Source of the DNA: Lepidodermella squamata
Lineage: Eukaryota; Animalia; Gastrotricha
Assembly (NCBI GenBank): GCA_047495785.1
Contig: JBLDXI010000002.1
Coordinates: forward strand, 1,798,001-1,862,000
Direction of reading: 5' to 3'
DNA: 64,000 nt
This document shows, piece by piece, positions 1 to 10,967 of the stretch. The notes beneath the pieces were generated by a model. It did not search any database. It worked only from the letters and a program-made list of their open reading frames with translations, and was not told the origin of the DNA. The position numbers were made by a program, and so were the translations under genes. Position 1 is the first letter of the stretch. The number at the start of each line of letters is the position of its first letter.

Positions 1-1399
1 CGTATGACCCTTTGCCGAACTAATATCGACTTCGGAATTACTCGATATCCACGGCCACCGAGTGCCTCATGAAGTTCCCTAATTTGCTAACATTCAGCCA
101 AACTTGGCTTCGAGTAACAACTTTTGTCGGATGTTTCAAGCCACAGTTTAGGTTGTCGGATGAAATAAAACATTAGTCTGATAAAAGAAGACACATCCCT
201 TAATTTCAGCTACCTCTTACCACAGATATGCATATATATTGGCATTCATGACTGTGGAAATCTGAAAAAAAATCACTGATTAAAAATCGATAAAAGAAAT
301 CGATATCAGTTATGCTGTTCAAGTCGCAAAGTGGTTAGGCCATGAACATAAAAAGATTGAGATTCGAAGGACAATGTACAGCTCGAAAAAAGAACAATTG
401 CTGAACCTTGAATTTAAGCTGGCATGTCATGGTCCAATTTTTTTCAGCCAAGGAAAAACATCGAGAATTTTCAGGCAAATGAAGGAATAATCGAATAATC
501 GGAATATTCGGATAATCGAGATCCTTATGCTACACTTGGCACTCAGGCGGATAGCCGCTTTCAGATTCTAGTAGGCAACATCCAGAAGTAGTATTCTACG
601 AACGGGCATACAAAAATTCGACGAATTGGCCGAGCTGTGAACTTGCGAAATCAGAATTCCAAAATCGTCCTTATGGCCGTGAAAGGGTTAACAGATCATG
701 TTTGGAATACCTGTCCCAACAATTATTATATCTCGATTTTTTCCACTTGGAAATTTCCGGAAAATGTTGATTCCGTTGGTGGAAAATTGCGAGTGACTCC
801 ATCTTTTGAAATGAAGGAAGTCTCTCGAACGTTTTGATGTACGTTTTATTTTAATTTTTTCCTTTGAAGTATAACGACTGTTTTTACACACCTGAATAAG
901 CTCACCGTGCTTGCACCCGTGTTAGCCGTCACGGTTCGTTTCTGGCTGTTGGTAGCGCGCGGCAAAGGCTGTCACGTTGTAGCACGCAGTCTACACCCTT
1001 AACATAGTCATCTGCCGGCGCTTTTTCTTCACTCTCCTCATCACTTCAACACATGATAAAGTTGTATAACTTTAATACCGCCGTGTCCAGATGATGACGA
1101 GTATGTGTGTGTTTTTTATGTGTTCTATAACTAGTTATAATATTAATGAATAAATAATAACAAATTCACGCAGTTTTTGACCGCAACTATAATTTTTATA
1201 ATATTAAAGCAAAAGTTTAACGAAGCCTCACGAGTAGTGGGTTCGCAGTTAGGGTGAAACGTTGACGGTCATTCTAATACAGGAATTGCTTTTAGCCATG
1301 TTTAATTCCCCTAAAAGTATTACTAAATTACCCGAGGATGCAATTAAATTCCTGTCCTGTTAATACCCGATTGCATAGGTTGACTTATCGAAGAAAAAA

Positions 1400-2244
1400 A
1401 TGAGGCAACTTTTGGTGCTGGCCTGCTTGGTCGCAATGGCTGCTGCCCAGCAAGTAACCACTAGAGCCGGCCCTACAACAGCTAGAGCAGCTACTACAAC
1501 AGCTAGACCAGCCGCCGCGACTACCGCTAGGGCAGCAACCACAGCAGCCAGAGCTGTTACCACTGCAGCAGCCGCTACTACAACAAGAGCCGCCGTAGTA
1601 ACAACGGCTGCGGCTACCACTGCCCGAGCTGCCACAGCAGCTGCAGCAACTACCGCCAGGGTGGTCGCGACTACAGCAGCGGCAGCGGCTACAGTTAAGG
1701 CTGCTGCAGCAACCACTGCTGCCGGGGCAACCACAGTCAAAGCCGGGGCAACCACTGCAGCTGGTAGCACAGTTGCCGCTGGAACTACCGCGGCAGCGTA
1801 AGAAATTGAATTTAGCTATAATTCCGCCAAATTATTCTTTCCCTAGTGTTACAAGGGCGATTGCGAGCTTGGCCGGTGACACCAACGCCACGGCTGTTAG
1901 CGGCAATGATACTGCTGCTAGCAACAATGCTACTGCCTCCGGAAACAAAACCATATCGAGAAGTGAGGCGGATCCGTTTGATAGGCTCGACTCGCGTACT
2001 TGGGAATTGGTTGTTCGCCGGTTAACCAACGAAGACGAGACAGGTTGGGACTTGGAGGCCATCGACGCGTACCGCAAGGAAGGACCCAAGTACACCCCAA
2101 CTCAGTCGGCTGCTTCGAACGTCCAATGCTCTGGTAATTGATTCGAACCCAGCTTATAATTTGATTCACATATTTGATTTCACAGGCTTGATCCTGCTCG
2201 CTACCGCGCTCGCTGTTTTGAGGCTTGAAGTGGTTTTTAATTAA
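1400..2244 (+). CDS. Ala/Thr-rich mucin-like surface glycoprotein, probably GPI-anchored (3 exons: 1400-1797, 1847-2133, 2186-2244)
   Basis: Signal peptide MRQLLVLACLVAMAAA; about 115 aa of TTAR/TAA-type repeats; GT-AG introns 1798-1846 and 2134-2185 keep the frame; N-glycosylation sequons NAT/NDT/NAT/NKT; hydrophobic C-terminus SGLILLATALAVLRLEVVFN*. Confidence 0.8.
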
Positions 2245-2435
2245 AGTTAACTCGAACTAAAGCTAATGTATCAAAGCCGCGCCAAATTTGTACAGCTTCA
2301 ATATAATAATATTTACTTGCGTGGAGCTAATTAGAAATTAGACGTTTGCTATCTCATTTTACTGCTTGCAATTTTTAACATCAATAAAGCGATGATGACA
2401 GGATTTCCATGCTTCCGTTTTAGAATTTTTTAAAA

Positions 2436-2994
2436 ATGACTCGTCTCGCTGTGCCTGGTTTTGTTCTGGTGATTTTCGCTATTGAAGTAGCGTCTCAAGG
2501 TCGTTCGTTCGCGGAAGTCGCGGCTGGTGTTACTACTGCAAGGCAAGTTCATTCTTGGAGTTGATTTTGTTAAGGAACCTCAAAAACTTCAAAATAGGCC
2601 GACAACAGTACAAGCCGCCACTACCCAGAAGGCCGGTACTACGTTGAGGCCTACAACCGTTGCTCTGGCTGTTACCACGAGAGCTCTTGCCGTTAACGCG
2701 ACAACTGTGGCTGTTGCTGTGACGACCGCTTCTTCTAACGTCACTGCTGCTAAGCAGTTGTCTGGCAATAGTACTGTAACTGTCGCACCTACCAAAGGAA
2801 ACAGGACCAGAATAGTGGAAAACACCTTGGTCGCGAATGCGAAAAAATCTCATGGTCATAAAACCGTGGCAGGTTTGTTATACCGCCTCCGAATGGTATA
2901 TGGAAAGGTCGATGTAATTTTACTTTCAGGTCTGATGGAAATCGTCCTCCCCGTCTTGCTACTATTGGTGCCCGCAACGCTTTTCATTTCATAA
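2436..2994 (+). CDS. Second Thr/Ala/Val-rich mucin-like GPI-type protein, paralog of the previous gene (exons 2436-2542, 2598-2872, 2930-2994)
   Basis: ATG 2436 gives signal-like MTRLAVPGFVLVIFAIEVAS; first intron 2543-2597 has an AG|GCAAGT donor (GC-AG); second intron 2873-2929 precedes the hydrophobic tail GLMEIVLPVLLLLVPATLFIS*; same intron phases (2, then 1) as 1400-2244. Confidence 0.7.
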
Positions 2995-3688
2995 AAACCC
3001 GTACCCTATGATTTACACGTTTTTTAAGTGCTCATTATTTGCTTTATTTGATATGCCGAATTGTTCGCACAAAATATTTCCGTGAAATAAATTATATTAA
3101 AACCATGCAAACTATCAAGTCTTGTTTGTCAATTGATTTTATAGTCAGGAACCGTCCATCATTTGTTTTACCGTTTTGCAAGGAGATCAGATTCAGACCA
3201 CCAAGATAAAATACTGGGATTGAATGCATTCGGACTCAGGGTTTTCGTGTATTTACAGTCGATCGAGAACTAAGCCCCGTTTATCAAGCCGGTTTACAAA
3301 GCCGTTTTACCAAGTCCAAGGTCGTTGAACCAATTCAAAGGTTAAGAGGGCAAGGGTCAAGGACTTGACGTATAACTCTTCCAATATAATATTCCTGGAA
3401 TCGGCGATAGAGATAGGTTTTTGAAGTTTTGAAATTCGAAAATTGGAAATAATCCATGGTTTCTGCCCATTAGGCGGGTGAATTCTAAATTTTTTTACAT
3501 TAGTATTTCATTTTTTTCAAATGTTTATAATTCTCTACTTCTTGACACACATTCTCGCCTTGCTAGCGATTATTGTCCCGCCCCGTATCCGCCGATTCCT
3601 GCCCGAATATATGTGCCAAAAACGTGTTTGCGGCCGCGAACGTGTCTAGAAAGCCGAACCCGGTCCAACCAGCGTATCTGGAGTTGAG

Positions 3689-3880
3689 GCGATGAGTCAC
3701 CGATAACAGAAGTCTTGTAAAAAATCATCCCATGTTTTTTTCATGTGGACAAAATTCCGAATGGACAGTAGTGATTGTCAACTCATGGCACGAGTCCAGA
3801 AACGCCTCTTAATCACACGTTATTGATAAAAAAGTGTCAACAAGTGCTATTATTTTTTATGACAGACGAGACCTAAATGT
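3689..3880 (+). promoter_or_regulatory. Upstream block of the PPxY gene, duplicated in pieces at 5375-5450 and 6224-6262; contains an AP-1-like TGAGTCA
   Basis: GCCTCTTAATCACRCGYTATTGATAAAAAA at 3804 and 5387; GCGATGAGTCAC at 3689 and 6224; extra TGAGTCA at 6194. Confidence 0.45.
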
Positions 3881-3906
3881 GGATGAAATAGCAAGCAAAA
3901 CAGTAG

Positions 3907-4491
3907 ATGGCTTCGGGCAGTAATCCTCATTATCTCCTACCCGGAAAGTATGGCGTTTTTAACAATATTTATTTATGTTCCAAAAAATTCGATTTTATTA
4001 GAAATGGAGCGAATTTCGAAGTGATTCCGTTACCCAGCGCACCGCCGATGATTGCGACCAGCTACTATCAGCCGCCTCCTTACAGCATCCACGACCCATC
4101 ATCGGCCAGTCAAGCATATTATCAACAGCCCCCAGCACCAAGTAATGTTCAACCTGTTTTACAAGCGCCCAAGCCTGACGAAATCATCTTGCCCGCCGTG
4201 ACGCGGACTGTGACAACGCAGCGACAAGATCGGCGTAGAAAAATTTGCAAAAAAGTGTGTTACTTCATATTAGGAGCTCTCGTCGGGATTCTTCTATTTG
4301 TCATCGTACTGTTCATTGTTTTCAATGTCGACTCCGATTCATCATCTGCTGAGGCTGCCACGAAATTTCCGAGACCCACAACGATGATAACGACACCGTC
4401 AAACAATATTGGCTCATTTCAGATAAACAAATACGGCCAAGCGAATTATCTTCTAACGACGAAAGCCAAGCGGTATTACTGGGAAGATTGA
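3907..4491 (+). CDS. Proline-rich PPxY-motif single-pass membrane protein (probable in-frame 54-nt intron 3948-4001)
   Basis: YYQPPPYS motif in a Pro/Gln-rich N-terminus, basic/Cys stretch RRRKICKKVC, TM helix YFILGALVGILLFVIVLFIVF, Ser/Thr-rich C-terminus; AA|gtatgg...attag intron. Confidence 0.7.
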   Translation: MASGSNPHYLLPGKYGVFNNIYLCSKKFDFIRNGANFEVIPLPSAPPMIATSYYQPPPYSIHDPSSASQAYYQQPPAPSNVQPVLQAPKPDEIILPAVTRTVTTQRQDRRRKICKKVCYFILGALVGILLFVIVLFIVFNVDSDSSSAEAATKFPRPTTMITTPSNNIGSFQINKYGQANYLLTTKAKRYYWED

Positions 4492-5485
4492 TCGACAAAT
4501 CGCTATGCAGCGTTTGTTATATTCTGAAAAATTGATAATAATCGAGAATAAAGAATTACATTCCGGAGTTTGTCTTAGAAATAAAAAAAACCTGAGCGAA
4601 GCCTAATTTTTCCTTTAAAAACAAGTTTTAAAATTATCTAGAATTTTTTTAATATTGATCAGAATTCCAAAAAATGACGATAAACAGCAGAATCGTGGAT
4701 TGGCAACATTAATCGCCTAATAGCTTGACGCTAATAATTTTCTTAATTTAGTCCCGCTAAAAAAATATTGTTATTTTTTCAATACGCAAAAGGAATATTT
4801 TACCATAAAAAAAATTACACGGTATCTTCAGAACTCAGAATTTCACGGGCAAGCCGAAGGTATCAAAAATCGAAAATAAAAAAATACTTTACTTGGCGAA
4901 AATTGATGTGTCTGAAACGAGGTCATCTCCACCTATCTGATCAGCCGGGTGGGCTGGGTCGGCGAAAGTAGAGTCCAAAAGTCCAGAAGGAGTTTTGAGA
5001 GTCGCTACCTAATTAACTTGGGGTCTTACTTTTACTGAAACCAAATTTGCTTGCTAGAGGCTCCCCAACAGGCAAATTTTGCAAAAGATATTCTGATTAA
5101 TTTGCAGGCTTAATATCTGGTACTGTTGGTAAGCTGATGTTCCAGGCTACCATATGTGGTTGTAAAGCAGAATTTTTTAAGCCTTCCAAGATGAGCGCAG
5201 GAAGGGTGATGAGACGGAATTTTACCAGCGCTACTTAAATTCTGCGCGAGTTAAATCTGAAATTTCGACCGTTAGAAATGTATTTTCTTCCAGCGCTAGA
5301 CTTTAAGCTGGCTGCATCCGCCTGAAACTTATAAGCGTGTTGAACGGAAAGGAGGAATGATCAGTTCTTGGCGAGATTCCAAAAAGGCCTCTTAATCACG
5401 CGCTATTGATAAAAAAATAGTTTTTTATTTTTCTGACAAATAATCTAGAAAATCTGTCATTTTAATTTTAGAAAATATCAAATCC

Positions 5486-6049
5486 ATGTCCAAGATATTA
5501 GAACATCTGTATTTGGGCAACTACGACGATGCCCACGATCCTCAATTTTTGCATGATATGGACATCAAACATATCGTATCGATTCTCGACAGGCGATCTC
5601 GCTATTCTTTCAATTACATCAACTATCTTCATCTGGAACTGCACGACTTACCCAACTCGGACATAGCAAAATTCTTTCCTGATGCTATTCGATTCATTCA
5701 CCGAGCGAGGTTGAAAAATGAAGCCGTCCTTGTTCATTGGTATAATTGGCGTTGAATAATATTAACCGTAAAACCTCGATATCAATTTAGTGCCCTCGGG
5801 AAGTCACGAAGCGTTACCCTAGTTGGAAGTTATCTAATAGCAATCTCGGGTTTGCCGTCTAATCAAGTGCTCAGTGCGATTCGAACATGCCGCTGGATCG
5901 CTTCACCGAATGCCGGGTTCGAACGGCAGTTGCAGTTATTTTACGAAGGGCAACGTAACAATTACAAGCAACTGCGCCAGTACAAGGGCAATCAGCGGGA
6001 TGTCGAGCACATTCGATCTCATGTCAGGCTTAGAAGGTTATTCATTTAA
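5486..6049 (+). CDS. Atypical small dual-specificity protein phosphatase (DUSP22/15-like); exons 5486-5739, 5791-6049
   Basis: MSKILEHLYLGN start, general-acid region ELHDLPNSDI, splicing restores the catalytic motif VHCALGKSRS, and the later motif R..ASPNAGFERQL. Confidence 0.9.
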
Positions 6050-6431
6050 TTTAGCAATAATGATCAAAAACTGGACATTAATTAAAAATAATGTCCCAAT
6101 TTTGCTTGATTGATGTTCACTTCTAGCAGTAAATTATTACTCTCATCAAGTGATTTCTTCCAGCACGTGACCCAAAAAAGCAAAAAATCGTGATGAGTCA
6201 TCTCGGCACACTTAAGTGCGCTTGCGATGAGTCACGATCGAAAAACCATTGCGTTTTTTCATCAAAAATCACCACTAAATTATCACAGCTTTTCTCAAAT
6301 TTGGGTGAAATAACAAGCAAAAAATCTTTGAGCGGAAAGTTATAGTAATTTCAACAGTATGATTTTATGGTCCCAACATTTTCAAAAAAATGCGATACTA
6401 ATATTATAGAAATGGAGCTGATTTCGAAGCG

Positions 6432-6734
6432 ATGCCGATACCGAGCCCACCGCCGTTGATTACGACCAGCTACTATCCGCCAACTCCTTACAGCCTCCAC
6501 GACCCTTCGACCAGTCAAACGTATTATCAAAAACAGCCGGCACCATGCGGTGTTCACCGTGTTTCACAAGCGCCCAAGTCCAATGAAAACATCTTGCCCG
6601 TCGTGACAGCCCAGCGACAAGATCGGAGCTGGACAACTTGCAAACTCGCGTGTTACAGCGTGATAGTACCTACCGTCGGGATTCTTCTCTTACTTGTTTT
6701 CTCAATGTTCGTTCACCACCTTTTCCGAAACTAG
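6432..6734 (+). CDS. Truncated paralog of the 3907-4491 PPxY membrane gene (possibly a pseudogene)
   Basis: Clear similarity to 4002-4430 (PSPPPLITTSYYPPTPYSLHDPS vs PSAPPMIATSYYQPPPYSIHDPS). The upstream exon has an in-frame stop and no ATG; PPPY is changed to PTPY; it stops just after the TM while homologous DNA continues to about 6775. Confidence 0.55.
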   Translation: MPIPSPPPLITTSYYPPTPYSLHDPSTSQTYYQKQPAPCGVHRVSQAPKSNENILPVVTAQRQDRSWTTCKLACYSVIVPTVGILLLLVFSMFVHHLFRN

Positions 6735-9700
6735 CAACGATGGCGACACCGTCAAACAGGATTCGCTCATTCCAGACGAAAAAAAAATTCAAACGATATT
6801 TCGCCTATTGAAAAAAGCCAGGTACTACTAGAAAGATTTATCAAAAATTCTAAAATCTGTGTCCGCTTTTTCTGTAAAGTTGATAAAAGATCGAAAATAA
6901 AATAATTAATTGTCTTTCTTTTATTTATAGCGGAACCAAATTTTGGCCCAATAACCGTGTTTTTTTTAATATTGGGAATTTTCTGATTAATTATCAGAAT
7001 TTTGAATAAATTACGAATTGGCAAAATTATTCGCTAAATAGTTCGATGGGCAAGTTTCGCAATTTTTTTCAACTTCATTACCTGAACAGGTAAATTTGGC
7101 ACATTGCATGCAGACAGACGGCACTAGGAAATTTCATCCGCCAGTTAGTGAGTTAGCCATCTGGTTATTTCAGGGTCATGAGACGGCAGAGACTGTATAT
7201 TTTTCCATGTCACGCACTGAGTTTCATACCGGACCAAGAAACTCTACAACACGCGACAACAAGTTCTAGAAAACCAATTTAGAAGCCGTGTTGCTACCAG
7301 TGACTTTTGAGTCATTTTCGCGATTCACACCTCAAGTAGTTTGTCCTCGAAAAATTATTAAAAAATAATTGTTTTTTTCCATCTCGCTTTTAATTAATAT
7401 TTTTCGAGTAAAAAGCGAGACACTGTTTGAGTTTTCATACCTGTAAAAACCGAGTTGCAATGTGAGCGCGCGGTGCATGTTGCACTCGCCGATATTCGAT
7501 CAAATGCCCAGCGGGGCCCTAAAATAACACGCCACGCGCGTGTTATTGCAACGTCATCACGTCGAAAACTGCATTACGTTATGTAGTTATACCCGCATGC
7601 ATTACAAAGCTGCCAAAACATTTTATACCGCGTATATATATATTTATTACGCACGAAATATACGTTCACTCTGTTATCATCACCCGCTTTCAATTTCATC
7701 GGGGCGGTTTTTTTCGACGTCGGAGAACAAAAAAAACCCGCGCTCAAAGAGCCCACGCGCCGCCTTAATATTATTGCTACACTAATGTTATATTACGCGC
7801 AAAAACGGGCGCGATTATTATATTTAGAAAATGCCAAGAAATCAGATCGTTCATTCGCGTGCTGTCCAACATCGCTCAACAGAAATAACAAAAAAACTAA
7901 CCGCCGTCCTTTTTTCGACGGATCCACTCTTGTGTCATTATTTATACCGCTAATAATAGTTTGTTGTTTTCTGTTTTCCTGCTCCGAATAGCATCCCGCC
8001 AGCAGCAAAACAACTCGAGCAATACGGACAACAAAATTTCTCTGGTACATGGAAATTAACATGAATTTTAAGAACTCGAAGTGCCGGTCTCTTCTCGATT
8101 ATTTTTTTTTGTCGCCCTTGTTTACTCTAAAAGACGCGCGTGATAATAATAATATCCATCCATCTTAACTTTGCCGCGGATAATCAGTTTTTTATTGCGG
8201 AAAATTTAATTTACATAATTTAAACATGCAAGTATGTGTGAAAATGGGATTTTATTTAGATGTTTTGACTTTATACTCAGTACAAAGTATTATAATATAG
8301 AACAAAGCGCGCAAAAAATCTGAATGGTAATGTCTTTTACAACTTCGCACTACGATGATGAGCGCGCAGTTTTTTGTGTGTGCGATGTATAAGCGACATG
8401 AGAGGTTAGGACTAATTTCAGAACTCAATAACCAAACACCTTGGGTGTTTGCTCGCACCCAGAACTCGTAAAATCGAATTTTTTTTACAAGTCATATCCT
8501 CACTTCGGTCTCTATTCCCCAAAGTAAACAGGCTTTAAATTCAACTTCGTTTCATAGAGATTAATTTTTATTATTTTACCTGGTTCGGTATAACCTGGTG
8601 CGGAGGCGTTTCATATACGGCTATTAGGGGTATAATATTTTGGCAGGAATGTATCGTGGTTATGAACAAAACAAAATGCTAGATCATACGCGAGCAAGTA
8701 AATATTAATATAGTAAAAGACACTTGGCGGAACGAGAGGCGCGGCCACCTTAAGAAAAGGCACTAAAAATGCGATATATTATATGAAGCGCACCTTTTTA
8801 CGCCTGCACATGAATAAGTGGGCGCACACGTGCGCGCTCGCCTCTTGTCACTCTGCCGGGTATTGTCAATGTTTTAGGGAAGTATAGAGCGGGTGCATCG
8901 TCACAAATAATCAGCCTGGTATTTGCCTCCGTTGTGTCTCTATTATTATTTAATGCTATAAAAAAAGAATTATTTAAAACACATCGCTTATATATAAGAA
9001 AATTCGATAGAAACCTACAAACAATAAATATACTCATAATATTAGACCTATAATAATTACACTGCGGTATTGTCTGTTTATTTGAGTGGTCATAGCTCTC
9101 CTTATTTTATTGACGATTTTTCTACAAAAATTATTGCATTAAATAATTCCACAGAATGTAATCCATTGAACAAATCTTAGCAATATAATAACAAAAATAT
9201 TGCCGTTGTTTGTTTGTTCGGCTGTTTTAGCCGAAAAATCAGGCCCTTCGCTTTTTGCGTGTCTCTATCATCGCAGAGCGCGACGGGCCGTGACGCGCAC
9301 GCACGCGCATTTTTCGGCGACCAGTGCGCGCGCGGTTTTATTTACTAAAATAATAAAATACGCTAATCATGATATAATTTATTACTATGATTATTATATT
9401 TTATAATGCATACCGCAACAAAAGGCAAGAAAAGTCGCGTATTTGCTTGTATTAACAAACACACATCTCGTGCTATCATCGCATTACTTCGCCGGTTCTT
9501 TGTTCTCGAGCCGTGACGAAATTTACTTGTATTTCCCTCTCGATTTCGTCGTACTATCTCGCTGTTAGATTTTGGCAGCGGCGTGGTACCGTTGTTGTTT
9601 TTGTTGACGCTTACATACTATTATCACTAGCTCGTTTAAATTTCATCATCGCGCTCAACGACTATGTGATACTCTATTATTTATCTAAAACGCGCATCTT

Positions 9701-10967
9701 TATCTATCGCATTCGTTACACATCGCTTGTTGCCTTTCAGCGACGAAGAAAATAACTCTTGGAAACAGGGCCATGATTATTATTACTGTACACTTTGATT
9801 AGCCAGCAGCGCTAGGTCGTCGCCGCCGCCTATGATACTGGTATATTAAGCTGTCACGGCGAGCAGTCCCCCGAGGCGCCAAAAATGTTGTCTCGCGGCC
9901 TGCTGAACAGCGCAAAAACTGCTGTAAGTTCAATTTTCAAATTTAGAAAAATTGACGACGCCAGCAGCAGCAGCAGCGCGGCGCCGAGAGGGGCCTACTG
10001 TCTGTCCACGGCTATTATAATAACTAGAGAACGGCGACCAACCTAATTTTCTCATTTGCTGCCAAACGCCACGCGTGTTCGGGATGCGACGACGATGATG
10101 ACGATGAGCAAAGATAATAACGGCGACCCACAATAATATAAACTCGCCTTTATTATTTTGCGCGAGCCTAAAAAAATCGCCTTAAATTATTTTCAGCCGC
10201 GTTTTTCTTTCAGATTATTTAGACTCGATTTGGTACTGACGTGATAAGCCGGTGATTCAATTTTCATATTCTCGCACCAACGAATTTTTCGAAAATTTAT
10301 TTCGAGGTTAAATTCGTGAAAATTTCCTTTCTTATTATGAACTTCTTATACCGAGAATTTCGAAATAATTTTAGCCCATCTCGAATAATAGCCCGGGATA
10401 TCCCGTAACTTGCGCGAGCGCTTTTTGCCTCACCGCGCCATATTTAATAATTATTTTTCTTCAATTTTTTTATAATGTTAGGCGGGCGTGCAAGGCTAGC
10501 CCATAGAGGCCCATTTTCACCCATTTTTGGACATGAAAATTTACAAGCCCGGGCTATATTTCAAAATTTACGTTAGTATGCTAAAAAGCTGTACTCAAAA
10601 CTGTTTAATTGCACTTTTTTGTTTTGCGCCCGCCCCTTCATCAACATTGCTGTAAGGTGAGACCTATCGCTAATGACATTTGGTCACCTTGCGCAAAAAG
10701 CTTTTTCGCCTGCGTTTCCGCCGTGAAGTTCACATTCGATCTTATATAGCTCTCGACTTCCTATTGACTTCCTACTTTTATCGCCGAGTAGTCCTTACCT
10801 CTTAAAAATTTCGCTATATTGTTATTCAAAGCATTATTTTATTTAATATTTATAATTAAATTCAAGAAATTTTAAATAATTTGTTGCTGAAAAAGTGGGG
10901 AAATATGCTCATCAGGAAATGTCAACGTTTCAAGTGAAATGTGATGGCTGAATCGTAGATCATCGCC

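Noticed and set aside
1-1100. Possible small exons and short ORFs (637-837, 688-891) at the window start
   Set aside because: Some splice-like signals exist, but I could not build a coherent or recognisable protein.
1360-1770. Very hydrophobic Ala/Val ORF on the minus strand (also 2589-2825)
   Set aside because: Antisense shadow of the Ala/Thr codons of the plus-strand mucins, which have the signal peptide and splice sites.
5740-5790. Catalytically dead phosphatase (the ORF track reads VHW)
   Set aside because: Removing the 51-nt intron restores VHCALGKSRS.
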